Shown one piece after another: positions 41,829-51,954 of a stretch of DNA of 64,000 nt (position 1 is the stretch's first letter; every line of letters begins with the position of its first letter). Below the pieces are notes generated by a model. It was not told the origin of the DNA. It saw nothing but the letters and a program-made list of their open reading frames with translations, and did no database searches. A program made the translations under genes and the position numbers. The DNA is taken from positions 1 through 64,000 of the IMG/VR virus record IMGVR_UViG_3300022698_000267. One strand, given 5' to 3'.

Positions 41829-42678
41829 TAGACTTGGAAGATACACAGATTCCCTATTTTATTTCAAACAAAAACCAGTTAATTGGAATTTTATTGCTGA
41901 TTCAGGATCTATTGATTTTGTTGTAATAGAATCTGAGAAGGGAGATAATCTAGGAACTTTAAATTCAACATCTTCACAAAATGTGGATGGGTTGTACTTA
42001 GAAGCAACAAAATACTTATCAGCTTCAGAAGGAGACAATGAACAAGTTTCTTTCATCATTGATTTAACTATTAATCTTCCAGTAGAGCATCCAGGTTCAG
42101 TTCTTAAAACAACTATAGAAAAAATAACTTTTCAAAATCCAATATTAAAAGATTCCTCTGAATATATTAGATCTTCAATTATAGAATTGGGTGGTGATAC
42201 TGGAGAATACACATATAATGTAAAGTTCGAAAGAGTACTAGATTCTATAGACGATCTTGATTTGTCTAAAAACAAAGATAGTGTAGTAACTATTGACTAT
42301 AGTAAAGATCATCGATGGTCTGTGATCAGTTTATCATTATCACCATTACCAAGAAAAATTCTACCCTATTATTTTGAAGATACAGTAATTGCTGAAAGGG
42401 GGATTGTACAATCATCTACAAATCAAAGCTTCCCTACTATACAACAAAGCAGATTTATCTATCGAGTTCCATTAATACAAGATAATATAATATATAATGG
42501 TTCTGGGTGCCAAAAAAATTCTATTGTATATCAAGCACCTGCTTTAAGAACCTCTTATGTGCTACTTCGTACCGGTCCAGTAAGTGAGGACGTTGTGATG
42601 GGAGATTTTGTTTCAGGAATGACATCTAGCATCGAATATAGATCAGTAACTTTACAGGAAAGTCTCACTCAGATTTAA
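41809..42678 (+). CDS. Hypothetical protein
   Basis: 289-aa ORF overlapping the previous gene. Confidence 0.55.
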   Translation: MTIKKTSRLGRYTDSLFYFKQKPVNWNFIADSGSIDFVVIESEKGDNLGTLNSTSSQNVDGLYLEATKYLSASEGDNEQVSFIIDLTINLPVEHPGSVLKTTIEKITFQNPILKDSSEYIRSSIIELGGDTGEYTYNVKFERVLDSIDDLDLSKNKDSVVTIDYSKDHRWSVISLSLSPLPRKILPYYFEDTVIAERGIVQSSTNQSFPTIQQSRFIYRVPLIQDNIIYNGSGCQKNSIVYQAPALRTSYVLLRTGPVSEDVVMGDFVSGMTSSIEYRSVTLQESLTQI

Positions 42679-45394
42679 TTCTTCTAATCCAATTTTCAGG
42701 ATCAAATTCCTTCTTAGCATATTCTCTTGCAGCAGAACCCATTTTAAGACGAAATTCTGAATCAAGTAATTTTTTCATTGCTTCGATATGTTCATCAAAA
42801 TTATTACATAAAAATCCAGTCCCTTCAATAACTCTATCTTTTGGACCAGAATGATTATCAGCTATAACTGGCAAGCCTGTTGCCATTGCTTCCATAATTA
42901 CTTTTGGTCCCTGATCATGATATCCTTCTGGAAGATGATACCAAAATACATTTCCAATCTGTAAGTAATCTGGAATAGCAGGTTGATTTTTACGATACTG
43001 TACAACATTGCTCATCGGTTCTAAGAATGAGGGTGCAGGCATTAATCGAATTAAAGTTTCTGGAAATTCTTTAATGATTCTTTGTAATTTCTCTTTAAAA
43101 TCTTTAGGATATTTAGTATCCCCTTGGCTACTGTGTCTGATAAGTTGCAATTTTGTTTGTGTTTCAATATATGGTTTCTTATAGAATGGGGTTAAATCAA
43201 TTGGTGGTGCTAATATGTGTGTATTGGAATTTGGAACTCTTTCTTTAAAGACTGCTTCCAAAGATGAGTTCAAGAAGATGTAGTCATCAAATTCTTTTGT
43301 CCATTCTATTTTTCCAATATGACCAAGTCTAAAATTTACACACATTACTTTTCTATCAGCTTTTACATCTAAGAAGTAATTGCCAAGTTTTGGAAATTCC
43401 CACACATAGTCATTGGTATAAACACAAAGGATGTCACAAGACTTATTAACTTCATTTAAGTCGTTGCTTATTTGTACTTGATGACTTCCAAGATTATTAA
43501 AAGTAGCAGATGGCCTAACTGGTGTTATGTATTGAACATCCCAACCCATTTCAATAAATCTGTTCATTATCCATGTGGTAGAACTCTCGGCTCCTCCTTC
43601 ACCACGTCCATTGAACAGCATTTTCAATAGAGGTTTGTTGGATTTTACTGTTGGTTTTTGTTCTTCGTTTTCTATATTTCTAGTCCAGAGTTTACAACGA
43701 TGTCCACCATTTCTTTTGTGAGCAAATCCTGGTCTGATATGTTTTTCTTGCCATTTGGTTTCCCATTCACGTCCAGCATCGTGAATAATAATATGCTTGC
43801 ATAATTTAGCAGCAATTTTTGTTGAGCACTCTCTATTAGATCCACCAGCAGGACCATCGACAAAACCTAAATCATAAGTTTTGGTCATGTCCACATCTTT
43901 TTCTGTTTTCCCATCCCATTGATGTATATTTAATTTTGGATACTTTTGTCTGAACTTAGTCACCCATTGAGATGCAGATTCATAAGTTGTAACATCCAGA
44001 CCCATTTGATTCATTAAACAAGAAGAAAGTCCTGCACCAAATTCTAAAACAGTTTTAATCTTATTCTGTTCAATAACATTTTTCATAAAGATCCAGTCTT
44101 TATCTGTTATACTAGAACCTCCCCATTTTTCAAATCCCATTTTCTGTGGAAGATCTGCAATTGCATCCAAATTTACATCCTTATTCGCTTCAAAAGCTAT
44201 TGGAGCAGCTATATTTGGTTTAATGAGAACTCTTGGTTGGTTTACTAACAATCTGTTTCCTTCATAGTATCTTTGGAAAGCATTGCATAAATCTTCTACT
44301 CTGATAATATCAACGCATAAGGGAAATTTTTCACCTTTATCATTAGTTACCACATTTTTACAAGATTTGTCTATATCACAACTCCAGCAAGCATTGGTTG
44401 TTGCACATGGTAGACAACCATCTGTTGCTAAGTATTGGTGTCCAGGATATCTGGTAAAACGTGCTGGTTCTCTTGCTCCAGCTATTACAATACAAGGCAT
44501 GTTAAAAGCTGGAGCAAGGTGCATGTGGAAGCTAATCATTCCAATGGAACCTTCTGCATGATAGAATAGCTTAAACAATTTTCTAATTCCATCAGCTCTT
44601 CCTTGTGTCTGTCCAACATAATTAATGACATTGTTACCTTTAAGAATTGGGTGTTTATGTCTACCCCCAGATACACCTATTTGCACGAAAGTATGATCAG
44701 GAAATTTATTTACAAATTCTTGATATCTTGAAAAAGGATACGTTTTGGTTGTCCAATCTCCTTTCTCTCCAGCAACTATAATCCAATAAGGTGGTTGTAT
44801 CAGAGGAGGTGCACTTATTTCCTTTTCTGTCATCCATATGTCAGGTTTAATTGCCCCTTGTTGTATAGAAACACCCAGTTTTTCTTCAATGCTTAATCTA
44901 AAAGCATTAGCAAAATGTCTATCATCTCTATTGCTGGCATTGGTTAATCTAGATGGACCAATTTCTACAATCTCAGCATTATCTAAAGTAACTGATCTAT
45001 CTAGATTAGGATTATTATCCCATATATGCATTGCTGTAGTGGAAACATTGATAGGCCAATCTGGGAAGGTAGCTTTAAAATCTCTGATAGCACAAGTCAT
45101 CATAAGAATATCACCTATGGCTTGTCTATTTTTAAAAACGATTGGTCGAATATTTAATCTGTGTTCCTCAGAGCTTGCAGCAGAAAATCTTGGATTTAAA
45201 TTTTCTTCTAAAACAACATCTTGAATCATTTCATTCAAAGCCTCTTTGCTACTTGGAAGCCTTCTATGAATATGTCCGTCTTGAAATTTTAAAACAATCA
45301 AAGATTCTTCCAAATTTCTGGTTGCACAATTTTCTTCTCTAAGAATAGCCGATACTTCTTTAGCAAGTTTTTCTTTTGTTCTCAGAATTGTCAT
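42665..45394 (-). CDS. Tri-domain protein: GT9 (heptosyltransferase-like) + class I SAM methyltransferase + GT4-like glycosyltransferase
   Basis: AIGDILM, KTYPF..YQ and SFHMHLAPAFNMPCIVI (GT9); VLEFGAGLS and FVDGP..IIIHDA (methyltransferase); PKVIMEAMATGLPVIA and MGSAAREYA (GT4). Confidence 0.8.
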   Translation of the reverse strand: MTILRTKEKLAKEVSAILREENCATRNLEESLIVLKFQDGHIHRRLPSSKEALNEMIQDVVLEENLNPRFSAASSEEHRLNIRPIVFKNRQAIGDILMMTCAIRDFKATFPDWPINVSTTAMHIWDNNPNLDRSVTLDNAEIVEIGPSRLTNASNRDDRHFANAFRLSIEEKLGVSIQQGAIKPDIWMTEKEISAPPLIQPPYWIIVAGEKGDWTTKTYPFSRYQEFVNKFPDHTFVQIGVSGGRHKHPILKGNNVINYVGQTQGRADGIRKLFKLFYHAEGSIGMISFHMHLAPAFNMPCIVIAGAREPARFTRYPGHQYLATDGCLPCATTNACWSCDIDKSCKNVVTNDKGEKFPLCVDIIRVEDLCNAFQRYYEGNRLLVNQPRVLIKPNIAAPIAFEANKDVNLDAIADLPQKMGFEKWGGSSITDKDWIFMKNVIEQNKIKTVLEFGAGLSSCLMNQMGLDVTTYESASQWVTKFRQKYPKLNIHQWDGKTEKDVDMTKTYDLGFVDGPAGGSNRECSTKIAAKLCKHIIIHDAGREWETKWQEKHIRPGFAHKRNGGHRCKLWTRNIENEEQKPTVKSNKPLLKMLFNGRGEGGAESSTTWIMNRFIEMGWDVQYITPVRPSATFNNLGSHQVQISNDLNEVNKSCDILCVYTNDYVWEFPKLGNYFLDVKADRKVMCVNFRLGHIGKIEWTKEFDDYIFLNSSLEAVFKERVPNSNTHILAPPIDLTPFYKKPYIETQTKLQLIRHSSQGDTKYPKDFKEKLQRIIKEFPETLIRLMPAPSFLEPMSNVVQYRKNQPAIPDYLQIGNVFWYHLPEGYHDQGPKVIMEAMATGLPVIADNHSGPKDRVIEGTGFLCNNFDEHIEAMKKLLDSEFRLKMGSAAREYAKKEFDPENWIRRIKSE

Positions 45395-45403
45395 ATTTTA
45401 ATC

Positions 45404-45814
45404 CTAGAAAGAATAGATATTTACGAAAGCATTAGGGGAATGTAATTTTAGAACAAATTCATTATTTATCACTTCCCATTTGTATTTTAACATTATTATA
45501 GTATCTTGGGTACTTTCATAGGAACCAAGATTTTCAAAAATAAGTCTTTTCTTCCAACCTATTGGAGACCCACCTTCATCAACTTTGGTTATAAAAAGAG
45601 ACGCTCCGGACTGCAATTCGTTTTCAACTATAACTTCCACATTATCGAAGGAATTTCCAGATTTAACAATCATGTATATACTTCCTGAACTAGATTTTGT
45701 AGCTGGATCTTCAGAAAAATTTATATCCATTGTTGTATCTTCTGGATTAAGTGAGGTTAAGATTTGATATGGAGCAACATTAGTATTAGATAGAAAAATG
45801 TTTGTGTTCATCAT
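45404..45814 (-). CDS. Hypothetical protein, paralogue of 45811..46224
   Basis: Shared motifs NIF.S....PYQ, I.K.D..G.PIGW...I and YKW.V..N. Confidence 0.65.
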   Translation of the reverse strand: MMNTNIFLSNTNVAPYQILTSLNPEDTTMDINFSEDPATKSSSGSIYMIVKSGNSFDNVEVIVENELQSGASLFITKVDEGGSPIGWKKRLIFENLGSYESTQDTIIMLKYKWEVINNEFVLKLHSPNAFVNIYSF

Positions 45815-46224
45815 TCCTCCACAAAGATATCAAAAATTGAATGACAATCTTGAGCTGTGATTTTGTATATATTATCTAACACAATCCATTTGTAAACGAA
45901 TGGAACTACTAAGTCAGATTGATTTGAAAATTCAAGATCATCATATATTATTTCATTTGTCCATCCAATTGGATTCCCAAGGGTATCTGCTTTACTAATC
46001 TGTAATAAAATCCCGCTGACAGAAGTGGGATTTACAAACAATTTAATTCTAGAATAAGAAGTACCCCTTATAACCACTAGAAATAGGAGATTAGATACTT
46101 TTCCAGTTACAAAACCATCTTTCAATGTAATATTCAAATCTTTTTCATAAGAAATAGATGGGAGGATTTTTTGATACGGTTCAAAACTATTCTTAGAGAT
46201 AAAAATGTTATTTGACATTGTCAA
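45811..46224 (-). CDS. Hypothetical protein, paralogue of 45404..45814
   Basis: Same shared motifs as its paralogue. Confidence 0.65.
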   Translation of the reverse strand: MTMSNNIFISKNSFEPYQKILPSISYEKDLNITLKDGFVTGKVSNLLFLVVIRGTSYSRIKLFVNPTSVSGILLQISKADTLGNPIGWTNEIIYDDLEFSNQSDLVVPFVYKWIVLDNIYKITAQDCHSIFDIFVEE

Positions 46225-46368
46225 TCCTAAATAAGAGTTTTAATTTAGGTTTTTGAACCTCTGTACAACAAAGCATTGAGGGCATACAGGCGATTGATGT
46301 GAATTTGTATAACTTTATATTCATGTGAATCTAAATTAGCAATGTGGGGGATTTGAGAGGGGTTAACT

Positions 46369-48483
46369 TCAATGCAAAACATTTGTTTCTAAATGTGTAA
46401 ATTCTTCGTTCGTTATCTTGAAAGAATCAGGTCGTATCTTTGCATAGTATTCTGGTTTTTGAAAGATTCCATTTTGAAAATCGGCAAGTCGAACTGTATC
46501 TCTTCCAGTCCGGAGCAATGGGGCTCCATCAATAAAAAGCAAACCATTTGGACAAGTCCAAACTCTAACACCTCTTGGTGGACCTAATCCTGTCTTTCGA
46601 AATGGAACATTTCTTATGCCATCTACAACTTCACATTTTACTTCTTGACCAGAAATAGTGTCGAAGAAAGTCCAACTAAAATCATTATTCCATGGATCCC
46701 TCAAACGAAATGTATCGTAAACTTGATCTTCCCACAGTATCATTGGATCTACTTCTAGATCGGAGGTTGCATCCTCTTCATGAAGGTCACCAACGTACTT
46801 TTCAAAACCATCATCTGGTTTTGAATCAAGGACTGCATCTGGTTCCATAAGGGATGGAATATTTTTAATAATCTTTTGATCTTCTTCTGCCTGTTTTTCT
46901 TCAAGTTCTTTTAGTTTCTTTTCTTTTCTGCGATTCCTTTCCTCTAAAATCTGTGCTTCTTTCTTTTTCTCTTTCAGTAATTTTCTTTCATAATCTACTT
47001 TCTTTTCCTGCATCCTCTCTTTAACTTTTCTTTCCAGTTTTTCCCTTCTTATTCGTTTTTCTTTTTCTTTTTCATCCTCAATATCCTGTTTGTCTCCAAG
47101 AGGATTTTCCATTAACTTTGTGATTCTGGCATATTCACTTTTTGCTTCTTCAGAAGTTATTTTTCCTTTTAGAAACTTCTCTTGTAGTGTGAAAAGTTCA
47201 TCATTCAGTCTGCTAGCTTCTCTTGCAAATTCTACTGAGTTTCTAGTTCTGGTTACGATTGGTTGTTCGTCTTTTTGTTTTTCTCTGATCTGGTATTTAA
47301 TTGCTAAAGAAGATTCTTCTGTTTCTAGTAATTTTTCGAATTTATCATAAGTCCAGTCGTTAGTTAATTCCCTTGGTTGGAAAGTTAATAATCTGCTATT
47401 TTTTCTAACACATTCAAGGCTTTTAAAAACTGCTCGAACACCTCTTTCTGCATCATCAGTATCTGTTTTTAAAAGCTCTCTGTGATAAGTTTCAATGTAA
47501 GCTAGGTAATTTGAAAATCCTGAATTAACTTTTGTCAAAATAAAGAAATCAAAATCTTCCAGATTTATGGTTCCATCTTCAAATAATTCTAGTATAGATT
47601 TGGAAAGATCATCAAGAATATCTTCTGCCCTTTTCTTAATCTTCTTGTTTTTCTTTGGAAGAACAAACCATTTCCAGTAGTAGCCTAGAAATAGATTGAA
47701 TAATTTCTCGTGTTCAGGCTTTATTCCAAATCTACCAATGTGGGAGTATCGAAAGTAAAGTGAAGTGACCGTATCTTTTTTGCAGGTTGCGTACCAACTT
47801 GAAACATCCTTGTGAGGTGCATTATCAGATATATGATCTCTGTTGTACTGTGAAATTTTGAAGAATTGTCTTAGGTCTACTGAAAATCCAAACTGTCGAT
47901 AAACAGGTGGTGATTTTTTCTCCATAATGCTTAGCAGATCAGAATATTTTTTCATCACCTCCATTATTTTTTCTTTAGATGTTCTTTCCAGTTTTGTTTG
48001 AATTTCTTTAATTGCATATTGAAAAATTTTGCTCTGGCCTTTAAGTGGTTTTGTTAGTAGAACTCGAACTCTTTTCGTTAGTGGAAGTTTTTGCCAGTAC
48101 TCGAAAACTTCCACTACATTTCGTGGGAACTGTAATTCGATATTTCCTGCAATTGCTAATGTTTCTCGACCAAGTTTAACAGATTTTTTTGCTCTATCAA
48201 GTCTATTTTCTTCTCGCAACAATTCAAATTTTCTTCTGATTTTATTAGATTTTATATGTTTTTCGAAATCTTTCCACTGGTATCTATTGAAATTTTTTAA
48301 TTCTTTTCTGTCATTTCTTCTAAGAAATGGAAGGTTTAATCTGGATCTTGGATCTTCTTTTATTCTGTACTCCCAGACCTTGGATATGAAAAATTCAATC
48401 TTCTTCCAATCCTCGCTTTTTACTTCTTCACATCTTCTAATTCTATTATCGATTCTTCGAATACTAGCAATACTTTTTGACAT
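46369..48483 (-). CDS. Large basic/charged hypothetical protein (possible DNA-binding or replication protein)
   Basis: 704 aa with an Arg/Lys-rich N-terminus and a K/E coiled coil; divergent from the helicase. No family recognised. Confidence 0.55.
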   Translation of the reverse strand: MSKSIASIRRIDNRIRRCEEVKSEDWKKIEFFISKVWEYRIKEDPRSRLNLPFLRRNDRKELKNFNRYQWKDFEKHIKSNKIRRKFELLREENRLDRAKKSVKLGRETLAIAGNIELQFPRNVVEVFEYWQKLPLTKRVRVLLTKPLKGQSKIFQYAIKEIQTKLERTSKEKIMEVMKKYSDLLSIMEKKSPPVYRQFGFSVDLRQFFKISQYNRDHISDNAPHKDVSSWYATCKKDTVTSLYFRYSHIGRFGIKPEHEKLFNLFLGYYWKWFVLPKKNKKIKKRAEDILDDLSKSILELFEDGTINLEDFDFFILTKVNSGFSNYLAYIETYHRELLKTDTDDAERGVRAVFKSLECVRKNSRLLTFQPRELTNDWTYDKFEKLLETEESSLAIKYQIREKQKDEQPIVTRTRNSVEFAREASRLNDELFTLQEKFLKGKITSEEAKSEYARITKLMENPLGDKQDIEDEKEKEKRIRREKLERKVKERMQEKKVDYERKLLKEKKKEAQILEERNRRKEKKLKELEEKQAEEDQKIIKNIPSLMEPDAVLDSKPDDGFEKYVGDLHEEDATSDLEVDPMILWEDQVYDTFRLRDPWNNDFSWTFFDTISGQEVKCEVVDGIRNVPFRKTGLGPPRGVRVWTCPNGLLFIDGAPLLRTGRDTVRLADFQNGIFQKPEYYAKIRPDSFKITNEEFTHLETNVLH

Positions 48484-49064
48484 TTTCGATCTCTGCTAAT
48501 CATCAGTTTTGAATTTTATCAGGTCTTCCCCATGCGACCTTAGAGGTTTTAGTATCTTACTTTTAGTTTTCGTCCAACACAATCCAAATTTCTGATAGAA
48601 TCTATGGGAGTTTCTAATATCGCATACTGAAAAAAAATTCGAAAAATTTAATGCCATAATCTTGGTAGATTTCAATCATCCTTTCGTTAGATTTCACTCT
48701 TCCACCTTCCACTTTCCGGAGGAATGCATTTTTAGGTTTCTGCTGAAAGAAAGATAAGTACATTCAAAGAAGGAATATAAGCTAAAGCTTCTATTCAAGG
48801 AATATCAAAGAATAATATATATAATAACTAATAACTAGTAAATAGTAACTATTAGTACAATTACTACGTAATTGCACCCGTCTCGGCGCTTCGCACCGAA
48901 GACGAAGAATAAGGGACATACCTTCTGGAAATAAGGGACTATTTTCTTTCATTTTCTATCGATTATTCTTCCGTGTGGAAATTGATGTGGAAGTGGAAGT
49001 GGAAGAAAAGTCTTCCACAAGGTAGAAAATAAGCCTCAGTTCTGGAAGCTTTACTAGAGAACAC

Positions 49065-49093
49065 TTGACATTCTTGCTAATAGCCTTTATAAT
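49065..49093 (+). promoter_or_regulatory. Consensus sigma70 promoter upstream of the helicase
   Basis: TTGACA (49065-49070), 17 bp spacer, TATAAT (49088-49093). Confidence 0.85.
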
Positions 49094-49269
49094 ATGGTAT
49101 GTAAAGGTTGAGGGTTCTTCCATTCTTTTTTCAAAAATTTTATCTCGTAGAAAAATATTCCACATCTACTAATACTCGTATATTTATAATGTTCCTAGAG
49201 AAGAAAGAAATATACTAAAATTATTTGCAAAACTACTAAAATAAATCATAAATTAGAATAGGAGATAAA

Positions 49270-51954
49270 ATGACCGAGTACACAATGTTCACTAAAGAAG
49301 AATTTGAAGGGTTTCTGGAAAGTAATTTCCCTGGTTTATGGTCCACAGCAGACACTCCTTATTCGAAAGAGCATATCTACTCAATTCAAACTGATAAAGA
49401 TGATATAACAATTCGAATTTTTTCTTCTGTGGATGTTAGAACCAATCATTCTAGAGATATTGGAAAAGATGCTATTCGATGTATTTTATGGAACGATATT
49501 GAAAATCGTCCAATTGGTAAAACCACTAGAGTTAATAGGGTTGGTGTTGTTTGGGAAAGAATTCTTTCTAGAATTTCTGTTCTTCGAAAAAGGGCTATCA
49601 AAACTCAAGTAGTTGATTACGAGTACATAAAAGCTTTACTTTCTAGTCCTTCAAATAATGGTAGTACTTTTGTAACCTCTTTACGAGATCAGTTAGAGAA
49701 GAAACATTTCTTATCTCCAGCCCAATTGAATTGTATTATTGGAAAGGGAACTGGAAGAACTACTATTGAGCAACAGGTCCTTAGAAAAGATCCAAATTTT
49801 CAAAAGCGTTACATTAGTCAAGAAGATGAATCTATTGAAAAAGAGGTAGAAAAAGAAGAAAAACTAGTTGTTAGAACAAAAGAACTAGTTGATAATAGTT
49901 TATTAGTGGAAGATACTCAAAATGAAGATAACATCGAATTAATTTCCACAGATGGATACCCTTATCCATATGATACTTTTAACAAATTACAATCTAGAAT
50001 TTTCCCTTACATTAAAGAAGATTGTAATGTTGTTGTTGCAGGAAATACAAGCTCTGGAAAAACAATATGTGCAGAATTGTTAATGTTTGCGACTTTGGCT
50101 AAAGGAAGAAAAGTGATTTATCTTAGCCCATTAAAAGCATTAACTCAAGAAAAATATGAAGATTGGCAAAAGACATTTTCTGGTTATAAAATTGTCATCA
50201 TGACAGGTGATTATCAAATGACTGCTGCTCTTCAGAAGAGAGTAGCCGCTGCAGATATTATTCTGATGACCTCTGAAATGCTGGATAGTCGTACGAGGAT
50301 GATTGAAGCAGAGAAGAACTTCTGGTTTTATGAAGTTGGTCTTTTAGTAGTTGATGAAGTTCATATTCTTGGACAGGCTGGTGATAGAGGACATCCAATG
50401 GAAGTTGGAATTATGCGATTTACCAAAGTTAATCCAACCTGTCGTGTTGTTTTCCTTTCAGCAACGATGCCAAATGTCAATGAATTAGGTCTTTGGTTAG
50501 CTATTTTGAATGAAAAGAAAACAGTATCTATTACAAGTCATTGGCGACCAGTTGAACTAACGAAGCATTATATCACTTACGAAGAGGTTCGATTTGGTAG
50601 CGGATTTATGAATTATAAAGCTACACAATCTAGAAAAATATCTGCAGCAGTCAGAGTAATTGCCTCTAAGAAGGATCAGAAATTTTTAGTATTTTGTCAT
50701 GATAAAAATGCTGGAAGATTACTGATGAATACCTTTTCCAAACTTCATAAGGAAGATATTCGTTTTCATAATGCGGATTTGAATTTGAATGAGAGACAAG
50801 AAATTGAAAATGCCTTCATTCATGGAACATTACGAGTTTTAGTAAGTACTCCTACACTTTCATGGGGTAGGAATGTTCCTGCTAGAAACGTGATTTCAGT
50901 AGGAGTACATCGTGGACTTAGTGAGATAGATGAGCTTGATTTAATTCAGATGGCTGGACGTGCAGGTCGTCCTCAATATGATAAAGAAGGTGATGTCTAT
51001 TTCTTAGTTCCAAAACAGGAAGAATCTAAGTGGAAAACCCTAATAGAGAATCCAAAGGATATAACATCTGGATTAAAAAGGATTGATGCCTTAGCCTTTC
51101 ATATTCTTGGAGGTGTACATGTAGGAGATATTTACCAAGCAAATGATGCTTTTGTGTGGTACGAAAGATCATTGGCTCACTTGCAAAATGCAGAGTTTAC
51201 AAAAGATGATCTAGAAGAAGTTTTGAACACTCTTTTAGAATATAAAATGTTAACACGTTCTGAAGATAATAAATTAATTCTTACTGGACTTGGAAAGGTC
51301 AGTGTCTTCTTTTATTTTAGTCCTTTTGATGTCTATCATTGGTTTAAAAATTTCGATGATCTTATTCGAATTGATCCAAATCTTCTAGAGGATGACTACA
51401 CAGTTTCTTGGGCAATGTCAGCTATTCCGAGTAATGATCCTGGATTCTCTCGAAAGAACATTGTTGAAGATTATTTAACTTCTTGGACTGCTATACTTAG
51501 AGGAAGGGGTGTAAATCTTTCTAAGACGGGTGTACCTTTGGTCAATGTTCTTCCAAATGTTATAGCTTTCTATGATTGTTTATCAGGCAATGAGGGACAA
51601 CGTGATCCATTGATTGGAGCCATTTCTAGATCAATTAAACAGGATATTGGAAGATCATCTAATGCTATATCTTTAATAGATTCAATGTATGCCAGATGGA
51701 GCAGAAGAAATTTAACTGTTTCTAATCTTTTTGACGTTCTAGAATTAAGAACGAAGTATGGAGTTGGTTATGAGTTGTTAGACTTAGTAAGAATTCCAAA
51801 TATCGGTGCAAGAAGAGCAGCTAAGTTATACAATGAAGGCTATAAAACTTCAGAGGATTTAAAAAAGGCTACTGAGGAAGATCTTGCTTCTATTCTTGGT
51901 GAAAGAACAGCTCTTAGGATAAAAAGATTCTTTCGAAAAGAGAATCAGACATAA
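49270..51954 (+). CDS. Ski2/Hel308-like SF2 helicase with C-terminal HhH and an extra N-terminal domain
   Basis: GNTSSGKT, SPLKAL, LLVVDEVH, LSAT, STPTLSWGRNVPA, QMAGRAGRP, and LVRIPNIGARRA.KLY..G. Confidence 0.9.
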   Translation: MTEYTMFTKEEFEGFLESNFPGLWSTADTPYSKEHIYSIQTDKDDITIRIFSSVDVRTNHSRDIGKDAIRCILWNDIENRPIGKTTRVNRVGVVWERILSRISVLRKRAIKTQVVDYEYIKALLSSPSNNGSTFVTSLRDQLEKKHFLSPAQLNCIIGKGTGRTTIEQQVLRKDPNFQKRYISQEDESIEKEVEKEEKLVVRTKELVDNSLLVEDTQNEDNIELISTDGYPYPYDTFNKLQSRIFPYIKEDCNVVVAGNTSSGKTICAELLMFATLAKGRKVIYLSPLKALTQEKYEDWQKTFSGYKIVIMTGDYQMTAALQKRVAAADIILMTSEMLDSRTRMIEAEKNFWFYEVGLLVVDEVHILGQAGDRGHPMEVGIMRFTKVNPTCRVVFLSATMPNVNELGLWLAILNEKKTVSITSHWRPVELTKHYITYEEVRFGSGFMNYKATQSRKISAAVRVIASKKDQKFLVFCHDKNAGRLLMNTFSKLHKEDIRFHNADLNLNERQEIENAFIHGTLRVLVSTPTLSWGRNVPARNVISVGVHRGLSEIDELDLIQMAGRAGRPQYDKEGDVYFLVPKQEESKWKTLIENPKDITSGLKRIDALAFHILGGVHVGDIYQANDAFVWYERSLAHLQNAEFTKDDLEEVLNTLLEYKMLTRSEDNKLILTGLGKVSVFFYFSPFDVYHWFKNFDDLIRIDPNLLEDDYTVSWAMSAIPSNDPGFSRKNIVEDYLTSWTAILRGRGVNLSKTGVPLVNVLPNVIAFYDCLSGNEGQRDPLIGAISRSIKQDIGRSSNAISLIDSMYARWSRRNLTVSNLFDVLELRTKYGVGYELLDLVRIPNIGARRAAKLYNEGYKTSEDLKKATEEDLASILGERTALRIKRFFRKENQT

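Noticed and set aside
49270-51954. Archaeal virus assignment based on the Hel308-like helicase
   Set aside because: Consensus TTGACA-17-TATAAT promoter, boxA-like sites, ClpP and MamK-like genes favour a bacterial host.
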